Shown here: in pieces, positions 1 through 7,792 of the stretch | Numbering within the stretch: position 1 is the first letter of the stretch | Layout: every line of letters starts with the position of its first letter | Assembly: GCA_963968885.1 (NCBI GenBank) | Contig: CAXAGT010000004.1 | Location: 1-55,879, forward strand | Length of the DNA stretch: 55,879 bases | Reading direction: 5' to 3' | Source of the DNA: an uncultured Candidatus Poseidoniales archaeon | GTDB lineage: Archaea > Thermoplasmatota > Poseidoniia > Poseidoniales > Poseidoniaceae | The notes under the pieces: generated by a model | What the model was told of the DNA's origin: nothing | Database searches by the model: none | The model's input: only the letters and a program-made list of their open reading frames with translations | Position numbers and translations under genes: made by a program

Positions 1-20
1 CTTCGTGTAGTTCGAGCCAC

Positions 21-1103
21 ATGCGCCATTTGATAGTGCCGAGCAAAAAAACAGCCGAATGGCTGGATAGACTCCGCTCACATGGCTGGCTTATGGAAGG
101 CGCAGGAGTTGCGAAAATTGACGATGAGTTTCGCGCAATACCTCTTTCCCAATCAGCTCCTACCTCTTCTAATCATTACGAGGGATTGGAAATAGGCCAA
201 ATGGAAGGGAAATTACCTGGTCCAAAATCTTGGCAAGATAGGTTAAGTCCACAGACCATTGAGAAAATTAGAAAATTTCTTCCAAATTCTTACGAAGTCC
301 AAGGTGATGTTCTGATTGTTAAATTGGAACCTGAAGTTTTGGATTTTGAAGATGAAATCGGAAATGCATTTCTTGAGCAATTAAATTCGGTAAGAATTGT
401 TTGCAGAGATGACGGAGTCCAAGGGGAATTTAGAGTTCGAAAGCTGACCACTATCGCATCTAGAAATCAAAATGAATCAACAGATACCGTGATCAAAGAA
501 CATGGCATTAGTTATCATACAAACCCAGCCAAAGCGTACTTCTCTGCTAGGCTAGGGACAGAGAGGCTGGAGAGTGCTCATCACTGTCTTCGTTTACACT
601 CAATTTTAGAGAGAGATCTTGTAATTTATGATCCCTATGCAGGAGTGGGACCTAACCTAGGATTACCAATTTCTGACGGGGTTGTAGATCACATTGTCGC
701 AGGAGATTTGAATCCTAGTGCAGCAGAATTATTAGAGAAAAATTTGCAATCATTGCATTCTAAACACCCTAATTTCAGTTTTGAAGCAATTTGCAAAGAT
801 GCACTAAGCTGGTCGCAAGAGGAAAGATATTCCCAAAAAGCGGATGTTTTATTCGTTAATATTCCCCATTCGACCTTTGACCATTTACCTAGATTGTTGC
901 CACTAATGAAAAGGAATTCACAAACACTTGTCCGAGGATGGATGATTTTAGAAAGGGAAGAGATCCCACAAATAGAAGAAAAAATCAAATCAATGTTCAA
1001 CGGCATTGGCGCATTTATCCAAGAAATTGATATCGAGGAAGCAAAAGGCTTCTCAACAACAAAATCTTTCACCCGACTAACTATTTATTCTACCATTGAG
1101 TAG
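21..1103 (+). CDS. trm5: tRNA (guanine37-N1)-methyltransferase, Trm5/Taw22 (Met-10+) family
   Basis: 360-aa ORF. By-eye family hallmarks are GVQGEFRVRKL, AYFSARLGTERLE, SAM-binding VIYDPYAGVGP and FVNIPHS (NLP-type loop). Confidence 0.8.
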   Translation: MRHLIVPSKKTAEWLDRLRSHGWLMEGAGVAKIDDEFRAIPLSQSAPTSSNHYEGLEIGQMEGKLPGPKSWQDRLSPQTIEKIRKFLPNSYEVQGDVLIVKLEPEVLDFEDEIGNAFLEQLNSVRIVCRDDGVQGEFRVRKLTTIASRNQNESTDTVIKEHGISYHTNPAKAYFSARLGTERLESAHHCLRLHSILERDLVIYDPYAGVGPNLGLPISDGVVDHIVAGDLNPSAAELLEKNLQSLHSKHPNFSFEAICKDALSWSQEERYSQKADVLFVNIPHSTFDHLPRLLPLMKRNSQTLVRGWMILEREEIPQIEEKIKSMFNGIGAFIQEIDIEEAKGFSTTKSFTRLTIYSTIE

Positions 1104-1157
1104 TCTTCCTTGCCTCTTGTGTGGAGGTTTAATGAACACCCTCTGTTTGGGTTAAGT

Positions 1158-1289
1158 ATGGCGACTAAAGTCAAGTGCCCGTGCGGAGTCACTATTGACA
1201 TAGCAGGCGCTACGCCGAGAGGAGATGGAATCAAAGTTTGGTGCAGAGTTTGTGGCACCACATCAGTCCATTACATCAACAGGAAATGA
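1158..1289 (+). CDS. small zinc-ribbon protein, 43 aa (below ORF-track cutoff)
   Basis: Runs from ATG 1158 to TGA 1287-1289. MATKVKCPCGVTIDIAGATPRGDGIKVWCRVCGTTSVHYINRK has CxC...CxxC spacing. There is no convincing SD, so coding status is uncertain. Confidence 0.35.
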   Translation: MATKVKCPCGVTIDIAGATPRGDGIKVWCRVCGTTSVHYINRK

Positions 1290-1356
1290 GCTCCCAAAGG
1301 GAGGATCTCATCTTTATAAGAACCATTTACAAGCCTTTGTAACCCAATTTGCGATT

Positions 1357-1387
1357 ATTCTCTGATGTCTGCTAAAAATGAGAGAAT
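1357..1387 (-). terminator. candidate terminator downstream of tRNA-Asp (hairpin plus oligo-T)
   Basis: A 7-bp inverted repeat attctct/agagaat encloses a T5 run (minus-strand sense) about 5 nt past the tRNA 3' end. Oligo-T is the usual archaeal termination signal. Confidence 0.3.
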
Positions 1388-1392
1388 TAGGT

Positions 1393-1467
1393 TGGCGCCC
1401 ATTCCGGGAATTGAACCCGGGTCGCAGGAATGACAATCCTGCATGATAACCTCTACACCAAACGGGC
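1393..1467 (-). tRNA. tRNA-Asp (anticodon GUC), CCA encoded
   Basis: Reverse complement is GCCCGTTTGGTGTAGAGGTTATCATGCAGGATTGTCATTCCTGCGACCCGGGTTCAATTCCCGGAATGGGCGCCA. It folds by hand into a cloverleaf with a 7-bp acceptor stem, anticodon stem CAGGA/TCCTG, loop TTGTCAT, and T arm CCGGG-TTCAATT-CCCGG. Confidence 0.92.
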
Positions 1468-1494
1468 TGTAAGCAACCAACCGTTACACAACCC

Positions 1495-1504
1495 ATATTT
1501 AATT
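1495..1504 (-). promoter_or_regulatory. candidate TATA box for tRNA-Asp
   Basis: AATTAAATAT (minus-strand sense) has its proximal edge about 28 nt upstream of the mature tRNA 5' end, the expected archaeal TATA position. Confidence 0.4.
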
Positions 1505-1533
1505 CGCGCTGTGTGGGCTAGACGAGGGTAATT

Positions 1534-3009
1534 ATGGCTGAAAGGAAAACCTCCGCAGAAATTGAAAAAGAAAAAGCAACAGAGGGCGCTTTAGACAATC
1601 TTCTCGATGGGGCTTTTGCCGATGCAAATACCATGAAGAAAACAGGACCTTCCTCTCCTCCACCTACAAAGGACCCACTAGCCGGAGCATTCGCTGCGAT
1701 TGAAGACTCGAAATCAGAATCAGATGCAGAGCAAGACCCCGAGGAAAAAACAGACATTCTACTTTCTAGCCCAGACTCATCCAAACCAAAAGGTCCACCA
1801 GGAAAGCCTCCATCTAGTCCGCCCAGCAAAGCACCTTCCAGTCCTCCCGGAAACCCACCATCAGGACCGCCAACTGGACCGCCAACTGGACCGCCAACTG
1901 GACCGCCAACTGGACCGCCAACCGGGCCTCCGACAGGACCTCCGGCTGATGCGCCTGAAAATTCTCCAGAAGCCCCTGAAACCCAATCAGAAGAGGTTAC
2001 AGAATCGAATGAGAGTGACGAAGAAAAAGTCGCTGAACAAGTTGAAGAAGAAATCGTAGAAGAATCAGTACAAACCGAGCAAGAAACTGTTCAAGAAGAG
2101 TTGCCAGAAAACGAAGAGAAACAGGAAGGATCAGAAGACTCGGAAGCCAAGACAGATAATGAGGAGAAATCTGAACCGAATGCTGATCAGCAAGTTGAGG
2201 AAAAGACACCTGCTGAGGAAGAAAAGCCTGATTCTCAAACCCTTGAAAACGAGCCACAACAGATTTCCCAAAATGAAAACATGGCTGAGGAAGAAATTGC
2301 AAGATTGCAGGCAGAAATAGAGAGACTTCGCACATCGATTACTGGCGCTGTTGAGATAATTGAAGAGCTCGAAGAACCTCAACAACCTCCAGCAGTAATT
2401 CAAAATATCATAGTTCCGGATTATCTAGTTGCTTCATTTTCCACAATCGGACGTCAACTTTCAAGAGAAGGAATGGCACATGGAAGTATGGGAGGTATAG
2501 CAATGCTTCATCCGGATTCTCCGGGAGTAATGATTGCCTCAAAACATATGATTACTCTATCTAGAATGGATGAACGGTCTGTGACTGCAGCAATGCTAGG
2601 TGAAGAACCTCCAAGAGGAGCAAGAGAAGATTGGAAAGTACTGGAAGTTCTGTTAGCATCTGTTAGTTTACTCACTGGCGGGCCCGCAGCAGTAATTCAT
2701 GCAATGGGCCCTTACACTACTACAGCATCGTGTGAAAAGGATTTGGTTTTAGTTAAACCAATTGACGAAATGGGCAAGAAACATATCGGCTCAGTTGTAA
2801 TTGTCGATCCTGATGCAGATGATCCTGCAGAATATCTTAGGCAGGTAGCAGAAGCACTCAATCAAGGAGGAATGCGTGCTGTTGTAATTAGAGGATATGG
2901 CGCATATGCGGTGGGAGCCGACTTCAATCAAGCAATGTCAAACGCATCAATGCTAGAACATAGCATGCAGATTGTTTTACTTGCAAGGCAAGCGGGAATG
3001 AAGTTCTAA
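1534..3009 (+). CDS. protein with long acidic/proline-rich disordered N-terminal region and C-terminal class II aldolase/adducin-like domain (apparently degenerate)
   Basis: 491-aa ORF. Residues 1 to about 290 are low-complexity (GPPT x6, E/Q/K-rich). The C-terminal ~190 aa align by eye to the FucA/class II aldolase fold (AAVIHAMGPY vs AVVHNHAVH; VVIRGYGAYAVG vs LLQHHGLIACE). Confidence 0.7.
   Translation: MAERKTSAEIEKEKATEGALDNLLDGAFADANTMKKTGPSSPPPTKDPLAGAFAAIEDSKSESDAEQDPEEKTDILLSSPDSSKPKGPPGKPPSSPPSKAPSSPPGNPPSGPPTGPPTGPPTGPPTGPPTGPPTGPPADAPENSPEAPETQSEEVTESNESDEEKVAEQVEEEIVEESVQTEQETVQEELPENEEKQEGSEDSEAKTDNEEKSEPNADQQVEEKTPAEEEKPDSQTLENEPQQISQNENMAEEEIARLQAEIERLRTSITGAVEIIEELEEPQQPPAVIQNIIVPDYLVASFSTIGRQLSREGMAHGSMGGIAMLHPDSPGVMIASKHMITLSRMDERSVTAAMLGEEPPRGAREDWKVLEVLLASVSLLTGGPAAVIHAMGPYTTTASCEKDLVLVKPIDEMGKKHIGSVVIVDPDADDPAEYLRQVAEALNQGGMRAVVIRGYGAYAVGADFNQAMSNASMLEHSMQIVLLARQAGMKF
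1864..1947 (+). repeat. in-frame 12-bp tandem repeat, 4 perfect copies (ggaccgccaact) plus 3 degenerate copies, encoding (GPPT)6-GPPA
   Basis: Read directly from the sequence. Perfect units lie at 1864-1875, 1876-1887, 1888-1899 and 1900-1911. Degenerate units follow at 1912-1947. Confidence 0.95.
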
Positions 3010-3602
3010 TTTTTAGATGCTTCAGCACATACTTGGACGAAGTTTTCAAACATTTCTTTACCATATTCCGAGTCATTGACTTCAGGATGGAACTGAAGTC
3101 CGAATCTGGTCCCTTCTTCATTTTCCATCCCTTGCACTTCACACGAAGGCGAATGCGCAGTAACGAAGAAACCAGGTGGAACTACATGAACCTCATCATT
3201 ATGAGATTCCCATACGGTTTGACTTGATGGAGTTCCAGCAAATATTTTGCCCCCTCCGTCATTCAAATGAATCTCCATGGCGCCAAATTCAGCCTCAATT
3301 GACTCTCTAGCATCTCCTCCGTAAAATCTTGCCATGAATTGGTGCCCAGCGCAAATTCCAAGAATTGGTATATCTAATTTCAAGAATTCTGCACAATTCC
3401 CTAACTCTCCTGATAGACCGATTCTCGCAGCTCCACCGGATAGGATCAAACCATCCAATTCGCGCAACTCGTTTACATCGGTGTTGTTCTGAATAATTTG
3501 AGTATCTACTCCGAGATACCTGAGCATCCTCCACTCTCTGTGAGTCCATTGACCTCCATTATCGACAACATCGATGACCAATTTTCTCTCGCTCATGGTC
3601 AT
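3006..3602 (-). CDS. guaA: GMP synthase (glutamine-hydrolysing) subunit A, class I glutamine amidotransferase
   Basis: 198 aa. It carries the GATase-1 triad context ILGICAGHQFMA and LQFHPEV. The size and stand-alone form are typical of the archaeal split GuaA. Confidence 0.85.
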   Translation of the reverse strand: MTMSERKLVIDVVDNGGQWTHREWRMLRYLGVDTQIIQNNTDVNELRELDGLILSGGAARIGLSGELGNCAEFLKLDIPILGICAGHQFMARFYGGDARESIEAEFGAMEIHLNDGGGKIFAGTPSSQTVWESHNDEVHVVPPGFFVTAHSPSCEVQGMENEEGTRFGLQFHPEVNDSEYGKEMFENFVQVCAEASKN

Positions 3603-3697
3603 TGCTGGTCAAATTCGTTCATTATTTTGCCGACATTTTTCGAATTATCCAAAGATGTTGTAGAAATTAATAAAAAAATACGACGAATCGCAAAACC

Positions 3698-4510
3698 ATG
3701 TCATTTAGACAGAAATGTTACGAGATTTCAGAAAACATGAGGTTTCAAAATTTCATTTTAATCCTAATTGTGATTACGGCATTCACCAGTGGTATTGGGA
3801 CTTTTGACTTTGGAGAATTGTATGATCTTCAAATCATAAACGACGTATTAGTAGCAATTGACGGTTTTATTCTGTATATTTTCGTACTCGAATTAATCAT
3901 AAGATTGGTCGGACATGGTTTCAAATTTTTCAAAGACCCATGGAATAATTTTGATTTCATAATCATCCTAGTTTCTCTGGCTCCATCCACTGGCGCCTTG
4001 AGCACGTTGCGTGTCTTCAGAGTCTTCAGGGCTTTGCGCTTGGTTTCAAGTATGCCAGAAATGCAGAGAATGACAGAAGCCATTTTGCGATCCATGAGAG
4101 GAATCGTTGCAATAACATGGTTGCTGGCAATTGTTTGGTATGTGTTTTCCGTACTAGGCACAATGCTGTTCCATGATGCAGGCCAATATGGCGAGGAATA
4201 CTTCGGAAATCTCGGGCTATCTATGTACACGCTTTTCCAGATTATGACACTTGAATCTTGGTCACACGGAATAGCTCGCCTAATTATTGCAGATGTGGGC
4301 TGGTGGGCGGCTGTATTTTTCGTCACATATATCATCGGGACATCGTTTACTTTCCTCAATATGTTCATCGCAGTTTTCACTAATACAATGGCTTCTATTG
4401 ACATAGAAGACGGGGATTCACTGGGCTTTTCTTCAATAGTCACAGAAGTAAGAAATGAAATGGAAGAAGTTAAGCAAATGATTAGAGATTTAAATTCCGG
4501 TGAGGAATGA
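3698..4510 (+). CDS. voltage-gated sodium channel, single-domain BacNaV (NaChBac/NavAb) type
   Basis: 270 aa with six predicted TM segments. S4 has Arg at every third position (LRVFRVFRALRLV). The pore/selectivity filter YTLFQIMTLESWSHG is almost identical to the NavAb filter TLESWSM. There is a C-terminal coiled-coil-like tail. Confidence 0.8.
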   Translation: MSFRQKCYEISENMRFQNFILILIVITAFTSGIGTFDFGELYDLQIINDVLVAIDGFILYIFVLELIIRLVGHGFKFFKDPWNNFDFIIILVSLAPSTGALSTLRVFRVFRALRLVSSMPEMQRMTEAILRSMRGIVAITWLLAIVWYVFSVLGTMLFHDAGQYGEEYFGNLGLSMYTLFQIMTLESWSHGIARLIIADVGWWAAVFFVTYIIGTSFTFLNMFIAVFTNTMASIDIEDGDSLGFSSIVTEVRNEMEEVKQMIRDLNSGEE

Positions 4511-4536
4511 CTGATATTCGAGTATCAAAATAAAAG

Positions 4537-4610
4537 CGGGCGCGGCAGGATTCGAACCCGCGACCTTCGGCTTAGGAGGCCGATGCAATATCCAGCTATG
4601 CTACACGCCC
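4537..4610 (-). tRNA. tRNA-Arg (anticodon CCU), no encoded CCA
   Basis: Reverse complement is GGGCGTGTAGCATAGCTGGATATTGCATCGGCCTCCTAAGCCGAAGGTCGCGGGTTCGAATCCTGCCGCGCCCG. It has acceptor GGGCGTG/CGCGCCC, anticodon stem TCGGC/GCCGA with loop CTCCTAA, and T loop TTCGAAT. Confidence 0.9.
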
Positions 4611-4642
4611 AAGGCAACCCAACTGCCTCCCTTTGATGAGAA

Positions 4643-5788
4643 TTACGCTTGAGAATATCCAAGTTTATTGCCGATTTTTGCTACTTCATACAGGAATCTT
4701 TCAATTTGAATTCTTCCAATATTTGATTTACGCAGAGACACATCTAACGTTCCTAATTTTTCAAGCATCTGGCTTAAACTCGAGTCATCAAAGTTATTCC
4801 TCGAGTTTACAATTGCATCATGTAAATGGCTGACGACATCTTCTTCGTCTAGTGAATTCTTTGACATCATCTCGTCAAGAACGCCCATTGCTCCTTTTAG
4901 GACCCTCACATTTCTTTGACCTTGTTGCTCCCACCTAAATTCATTAATCCGCCCGCGTAGTGCTTCTTCGATAATTCTTGAAGCAGACTCCATCGAAGTT
5001 GCTTTAACCAGTTCGTGTACATTATCGCGGCTACCAAGCAAATTCCTTCTGTGTAGAACTTCTGAAATGAAGATCGCCTTTCTTAGGTTCCCAGAAGCAA
5101 TATGGGCAATATCGCCAGGAACTCCCCTAGCTGCTTCAATTGAACATTCTGAAAAAATCCTTTCGATTGTTTTCTTGATTACCTTTTTTTCTGTTGCTGG
5201 AATTCTAAGAATTCTCATTCTGCTTCTAAGGGCATCAATTACTCTGGACGGAGCTCTTGCAGTGAAGATGAATCTGGATGTATTCGAAGAATGCTCCATC
5301 ATTCGACGTAGGTAAGCCTGTCTTCTATGCCCTAAGTGATCAGCATCTTCGATTACAATTAATCTAGCAACAGGGCTTCTTTCTTGACCATGTAATTCAT
5401 GGGATTCTTTTCCTGCCGGAGGAATATCTCCTTCCTTTGCCGATGTAAAGGTGGAATCGTATGCATCTAAACTCATGGTGCCTGCTAAGGTATCAGAAGA
5501 GTTATTCCCTGAAGGGCGTAAAAATTCTTCAAATTTAGCCATCGCTCCAGCCTGTCGAGCAAGGTCTCTTGCCTGTAAAACGTGAGTAGTTGATTGCCAA
5601 CTTGGCCCTAAAACTTGTCTTGCAATTAGTTTCCAAGCAGCGGTTTTCCCAATTCCAGCAGGACCACAGATCAGCAAGTGAGGTGGATTTGCTTTGATGG
5701 AAACGGATCTTATCGTGTCAATAATAGGTTCAGGAAAAGCCAGTTCGGTAAATAACCGAGGCTGAAAATCCTCAAGCCAACTTGACAT
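4643..5788 (-). CDS. rfcS: replication factor C small subunit-like clamp-loader AAA+ protein (divergent, with insertion)
   Basis: Contains Walker A GPAGIGKT, Walker B LIVIEDAD, and an SRC-motif position reading RSRM. The N-terminal WLEDFQPR corresponds to WVEKYRP. A ~50-aa low-complexity insert lies between Walker A and Walker B. Confidence 0.7.
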   Translation of the reverse strand: MSSWLEDFQPRLFTELAFPEPIIDTIRSVSIKANPPHLLICGPAGIGKTAAWKLIARQVLGPSWQSTTHVLQARDLARQAGAMAKFEEFLRPSGNNSSDTLAGTMSLDAYDSTFTSAKEGDIPPAGKESHELHGQERSPVARLIVIEDADHLGHRRQAYLRRMMEHSSNTSRFIFTARAPSRVIDALRSRMRILRIPATEKKVIKKTIERIFSECSIEAARGVPGDIAHIASGNLRKAIFISEVLHRRNLLGSRDNVHELVKATSMESASRIIEEALRGRINEFRWEQQGQRNVRVLKGAMGVLDEMMSKNSLDEEDVVSHLHDAIVNSRNNFDDSSLSQMLEKLGTLDVSLRKSNIGRIQIERFLYEVAKIGNKLGYSQA

Positions 5789-5835
5789 GTATACCTGCCC
5801 TTACAGCAGAGGTCTTTGAACAATGCGAAGCAAAA

Positions 5836-5985
5836 TCAGACAGCGTCTACTTTCTTGGTTCCATTTCTTCGAAGCTTCATGAAGATACGGTTTCCACATG
5901 ATTTGCATGAAATACCATTTCTCTCTCTTTCAAAGGATTCAAGACTGCCGCAATTTGCGCATTTGTAGTCAACTAATTCCATCAT
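5836..5985 (-). CDS. rpoP: DNA-directed RNA polymerase subunit P (Rpo12), 49 aa; not in ORF track
   Basis: MMELVDYKCANCGSLESFERERNGISCKSCGNRIFMKLRRNGTKKVDAV matches the RpoP pattern Y-K-C-x2-C...C-x2-C-G-x-R-I-x2-K-x-R. An SD-like GAAGGTG lies 7 nt upstream of the ATG. Confidence 0.7.
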   Translation of the reverse strand: MMELVDYKCANCGSLESFERERNGISCKSCGNRIFMKLRRNGTKKVDAV

Positions 5986-6059
5986 GTTGTACACCTTCGA
6001 TGTCCACTCCAATGGACGACCTTTTTTGAATGTGTCCGTTTACCAAACCTCGTAATTCT

Positions 6060-6269
6060 TCAGAATCCGCCGACAATTCCTGGTAGTACTCTAAGCGAAG
6101 TGTCTTGATTTAGTTCAACTTCGGCAATTTCAGTAGCACTTACAAGCGTATTGTCAACAAAGACCCACGCTCCAGCTTGTTTTGCAGTTTCTTGGATTTC
6201 CTCACGAGTCATTTCGACTACTGAGTGTCCGGTCATATTAGCTATTTCTACAGTGAATTTTTCAACCAT
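6060..6269 (-). CDS. small ubiquitin-like beta-grasp protein (SAMP/MoaD/ThiS-like), C-terminus ...VGGF
   Basis: 69 aa counted from the ATG at 6269, which has an AGGAG box 9 nt upstream. The track start at 6305 looks like an over-extension. Size, hydrophobic pattern and the C-terminal LPGIVGG+F resemble SAMP/MoaD. Confidence 0.5.
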   Translation of the reverse strand: MVEKFTVEIANMTGHSVVEMTREEIQETAKQAGAWVFVDNTLVSATEIAEVELNQDTSLRVLPGIVGGF

Positions 6270-6373
6270 ATTTATGTCTCCTAAAACGGAGATTCTCGAG
6301 TACATATAAATGCAAATAACCCAATTATCATTGAATTTACAACAAAAGCACTTTTTGACTTAGTTCTAATGGT

Positions 6374-7768
6374 ATGGGCATGGGCGATATTAGAATAGAA
6401 GCAGACACGATGGGCAGCCTCGAGGTTCCTGCGGATAGATATTATGGCGCTCAGACAGCAAGATCTCTGATCAATTTCGATATTGGAGATGATACTATGC
6501 CAGTAGGAGTGGTTAGGGCATTTGGAATTTTGAAGCAAGCTGCTGCAAAAACCAATGTAGAGCTAGGGCAGTTGGATGAAAAGATTGGAGATTTAATCAT
6601 CCAGGCATCCCAAGAAGTTCTTGAGGGCAAACTCAACGACCATTTTCCTCTCAGAGTTTGGCAGACTGGAAGTGGGACACAATCCAACATGAATACCAAC
6701 GAAGTAATTGCTAACCGCGCCATTGAAATTGCTGGAGGAGAATTAGGGAGCAAATCCCCAGTTCATCCAAATGATCACGTCAATCGAGCCCAATCCTCAA
6801 ATGATACTTTTCCAACAGCAATGCACATTTCTGCAGCTGAGTCATTGGTTCATGATTTACTGCCAAGTTTGAATGCTCTTAGAGACTCTCTTCAAGCAAA
6901 ATCAGATGAATGGGCCGGAATTGTAAAAATTGGCAGAACTCATCTTATGGATGCAGTTCCCCTTACACTTGGTCAAGAAGTCAGTGGATGGGTATCTCAA
7001 TTAGATGCAAATATTTCAAGAATCAATAATTCCCTACAGGATCTATACGATTTAGCCTTAGGAGGCACTGCGGTTGGTACAGGTTTGAACACTCATCCCG
7101 ACTTCGCAATAACAGTCGCAAAAGCAATCTCAGAAAAAACAGGTCTCCCATTTAGAAGTGCCGAAAATAAATTTGCTCAACTTGCAGCCCATGACGCTAT
7201 AGTTGCGGCATCAGGATCAATGAACGTTCTTGCAACTTCACTGATGAAAATAGCAAATGATGTCAGATGGTTAGGGTCGGGCCCAAGATGTGGTATTGGA
7301 GAGTTGGCGTTGCCTGCCAATGAACCAGGCTCTTCTATTATGCCAGGCAAGGTAAATCCTACACAATCAGAAGCATTGACTATGGTTTGTTGTCAAGTAA
7401 TGGGCAACCACACGGCCATTACAATAGGAGGAAGCCAAGGGAACTTTGAATTGAACGTTTTCAAACCCATGATGATTCACAATTTCTTGCACTCTGTAAG
7501 AATTTTGAGTGATTCGATGCGAGCATTCAGGGAAAAATGCGTGGTAGGTATGGAGCCAGTTAAAGAAAAAATACAATCGCATCTTGAGAATTCATTGATG
7601 CTAGTGACGGCACTAAACAATCACATAGGCTATGATAAGGCTGCAAAAATTGCGAAAAATGCCCATGAAAATGGTCTGACACTGCGCCAGTCGGCATTGA
7701 ATCTTGGCTTGCTGACTAACGAGCAATTCGATGAATGGGTAAGGCCAGAGGACATGACAAACGCCTAA
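6374..7768 (+). CDS. fumC: fumarate hydratase, class II
   Basis: 464 aa with the signature [16 protein letters not shown]. The N-terminal [23 protein letters not shown] matches the FumC N-terminus. Confidence 0.95.
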   Translation: MGMGDIRIEADTMGSLEVPADRYYGAQTARSLINFDIGDDTMPVGVVRAFGILKQAAAKTNVELGQLDEKIGDLIIQASQEVLEGKLNDHFPLRVWQTGSGTQSNMNTNEVIANRAIEIAGGELGSKSPVHPNDHVNRAQSSNDTFPTAMHISAAESLVHDLLPSLNALRDSLQAKSDEWAGIVKIGRTHLMDAVPLTLGQEVSGWVSQLDANISRINNSLQDLYDLALGGTAVGTGLNTHPDFAITVAKAISEKTGLPFRSAENKFAQLAAHDAIVAASGSMNVLATSLMKIANDVRWLGSGPRCGIGELALPANEPGSSIMPGKVNPTQSEALTMVCCQVMGNHTAITIGGSQGNFELNVFKPMMIHNFLHSVRILSDSMRAFREKCVVGMEPVKEKIQSHLENSLMLVTALNNHIGYDKAAKIAKNAHENGLTLRQSALNLGLLTNEQFDEWVRPEDMTNA

Positions 7769-7792
7769 TTATTCCGGCGAATTGATTATAAC

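Noticed and set aside
1314-1496. 60-aa ORF on the - strand
   Set aside because: It is entirely explained by tRNA-Asp (1393-1467) and its flanks, and its composition is not protein-like.
1864-1947. The tandem repeat as a possible CRISPR-like or non-coding minisatellite
   Set aside because: The units are contiguous 12-mers without spacers and in frame within a long ORF, so this is a coding GPPT repeat and not a CRISPR array.
3829-4443. Long antisense ORFs inside well-supported genes. This one is opposite the Na channel. Others are 689-1072, 1518-1829, 24850-25236, 36027-36413, 36708-37160, 37548-38003, 51580-52023 and 54666-55178.
   Set aside because: They are shadow ORFs: Ser/Leu/Pro-rich, low-complexity, with no motifs. 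The opposite-strand gene has strong family signatures in every case.
4537-4610. tRNA-Arg (and tRNA-Asp) as attachment sites of an integrated element
   Set aside because: I saw no integrase or recombinase gene nearby and no second copy of the tRNA 3' half by eye. Flanking genes are housekeeping. A computational repeat search would be needed to exclude this fully.
4630-4700. TGATGA (C-box-like) next to tRNA-Arg as a possible C/D box sRNA
   Set aside because: There is no D box (CTGA) at a suitable distance and no terminal stem. The region is the 3' coding end of the RFC-like gene.
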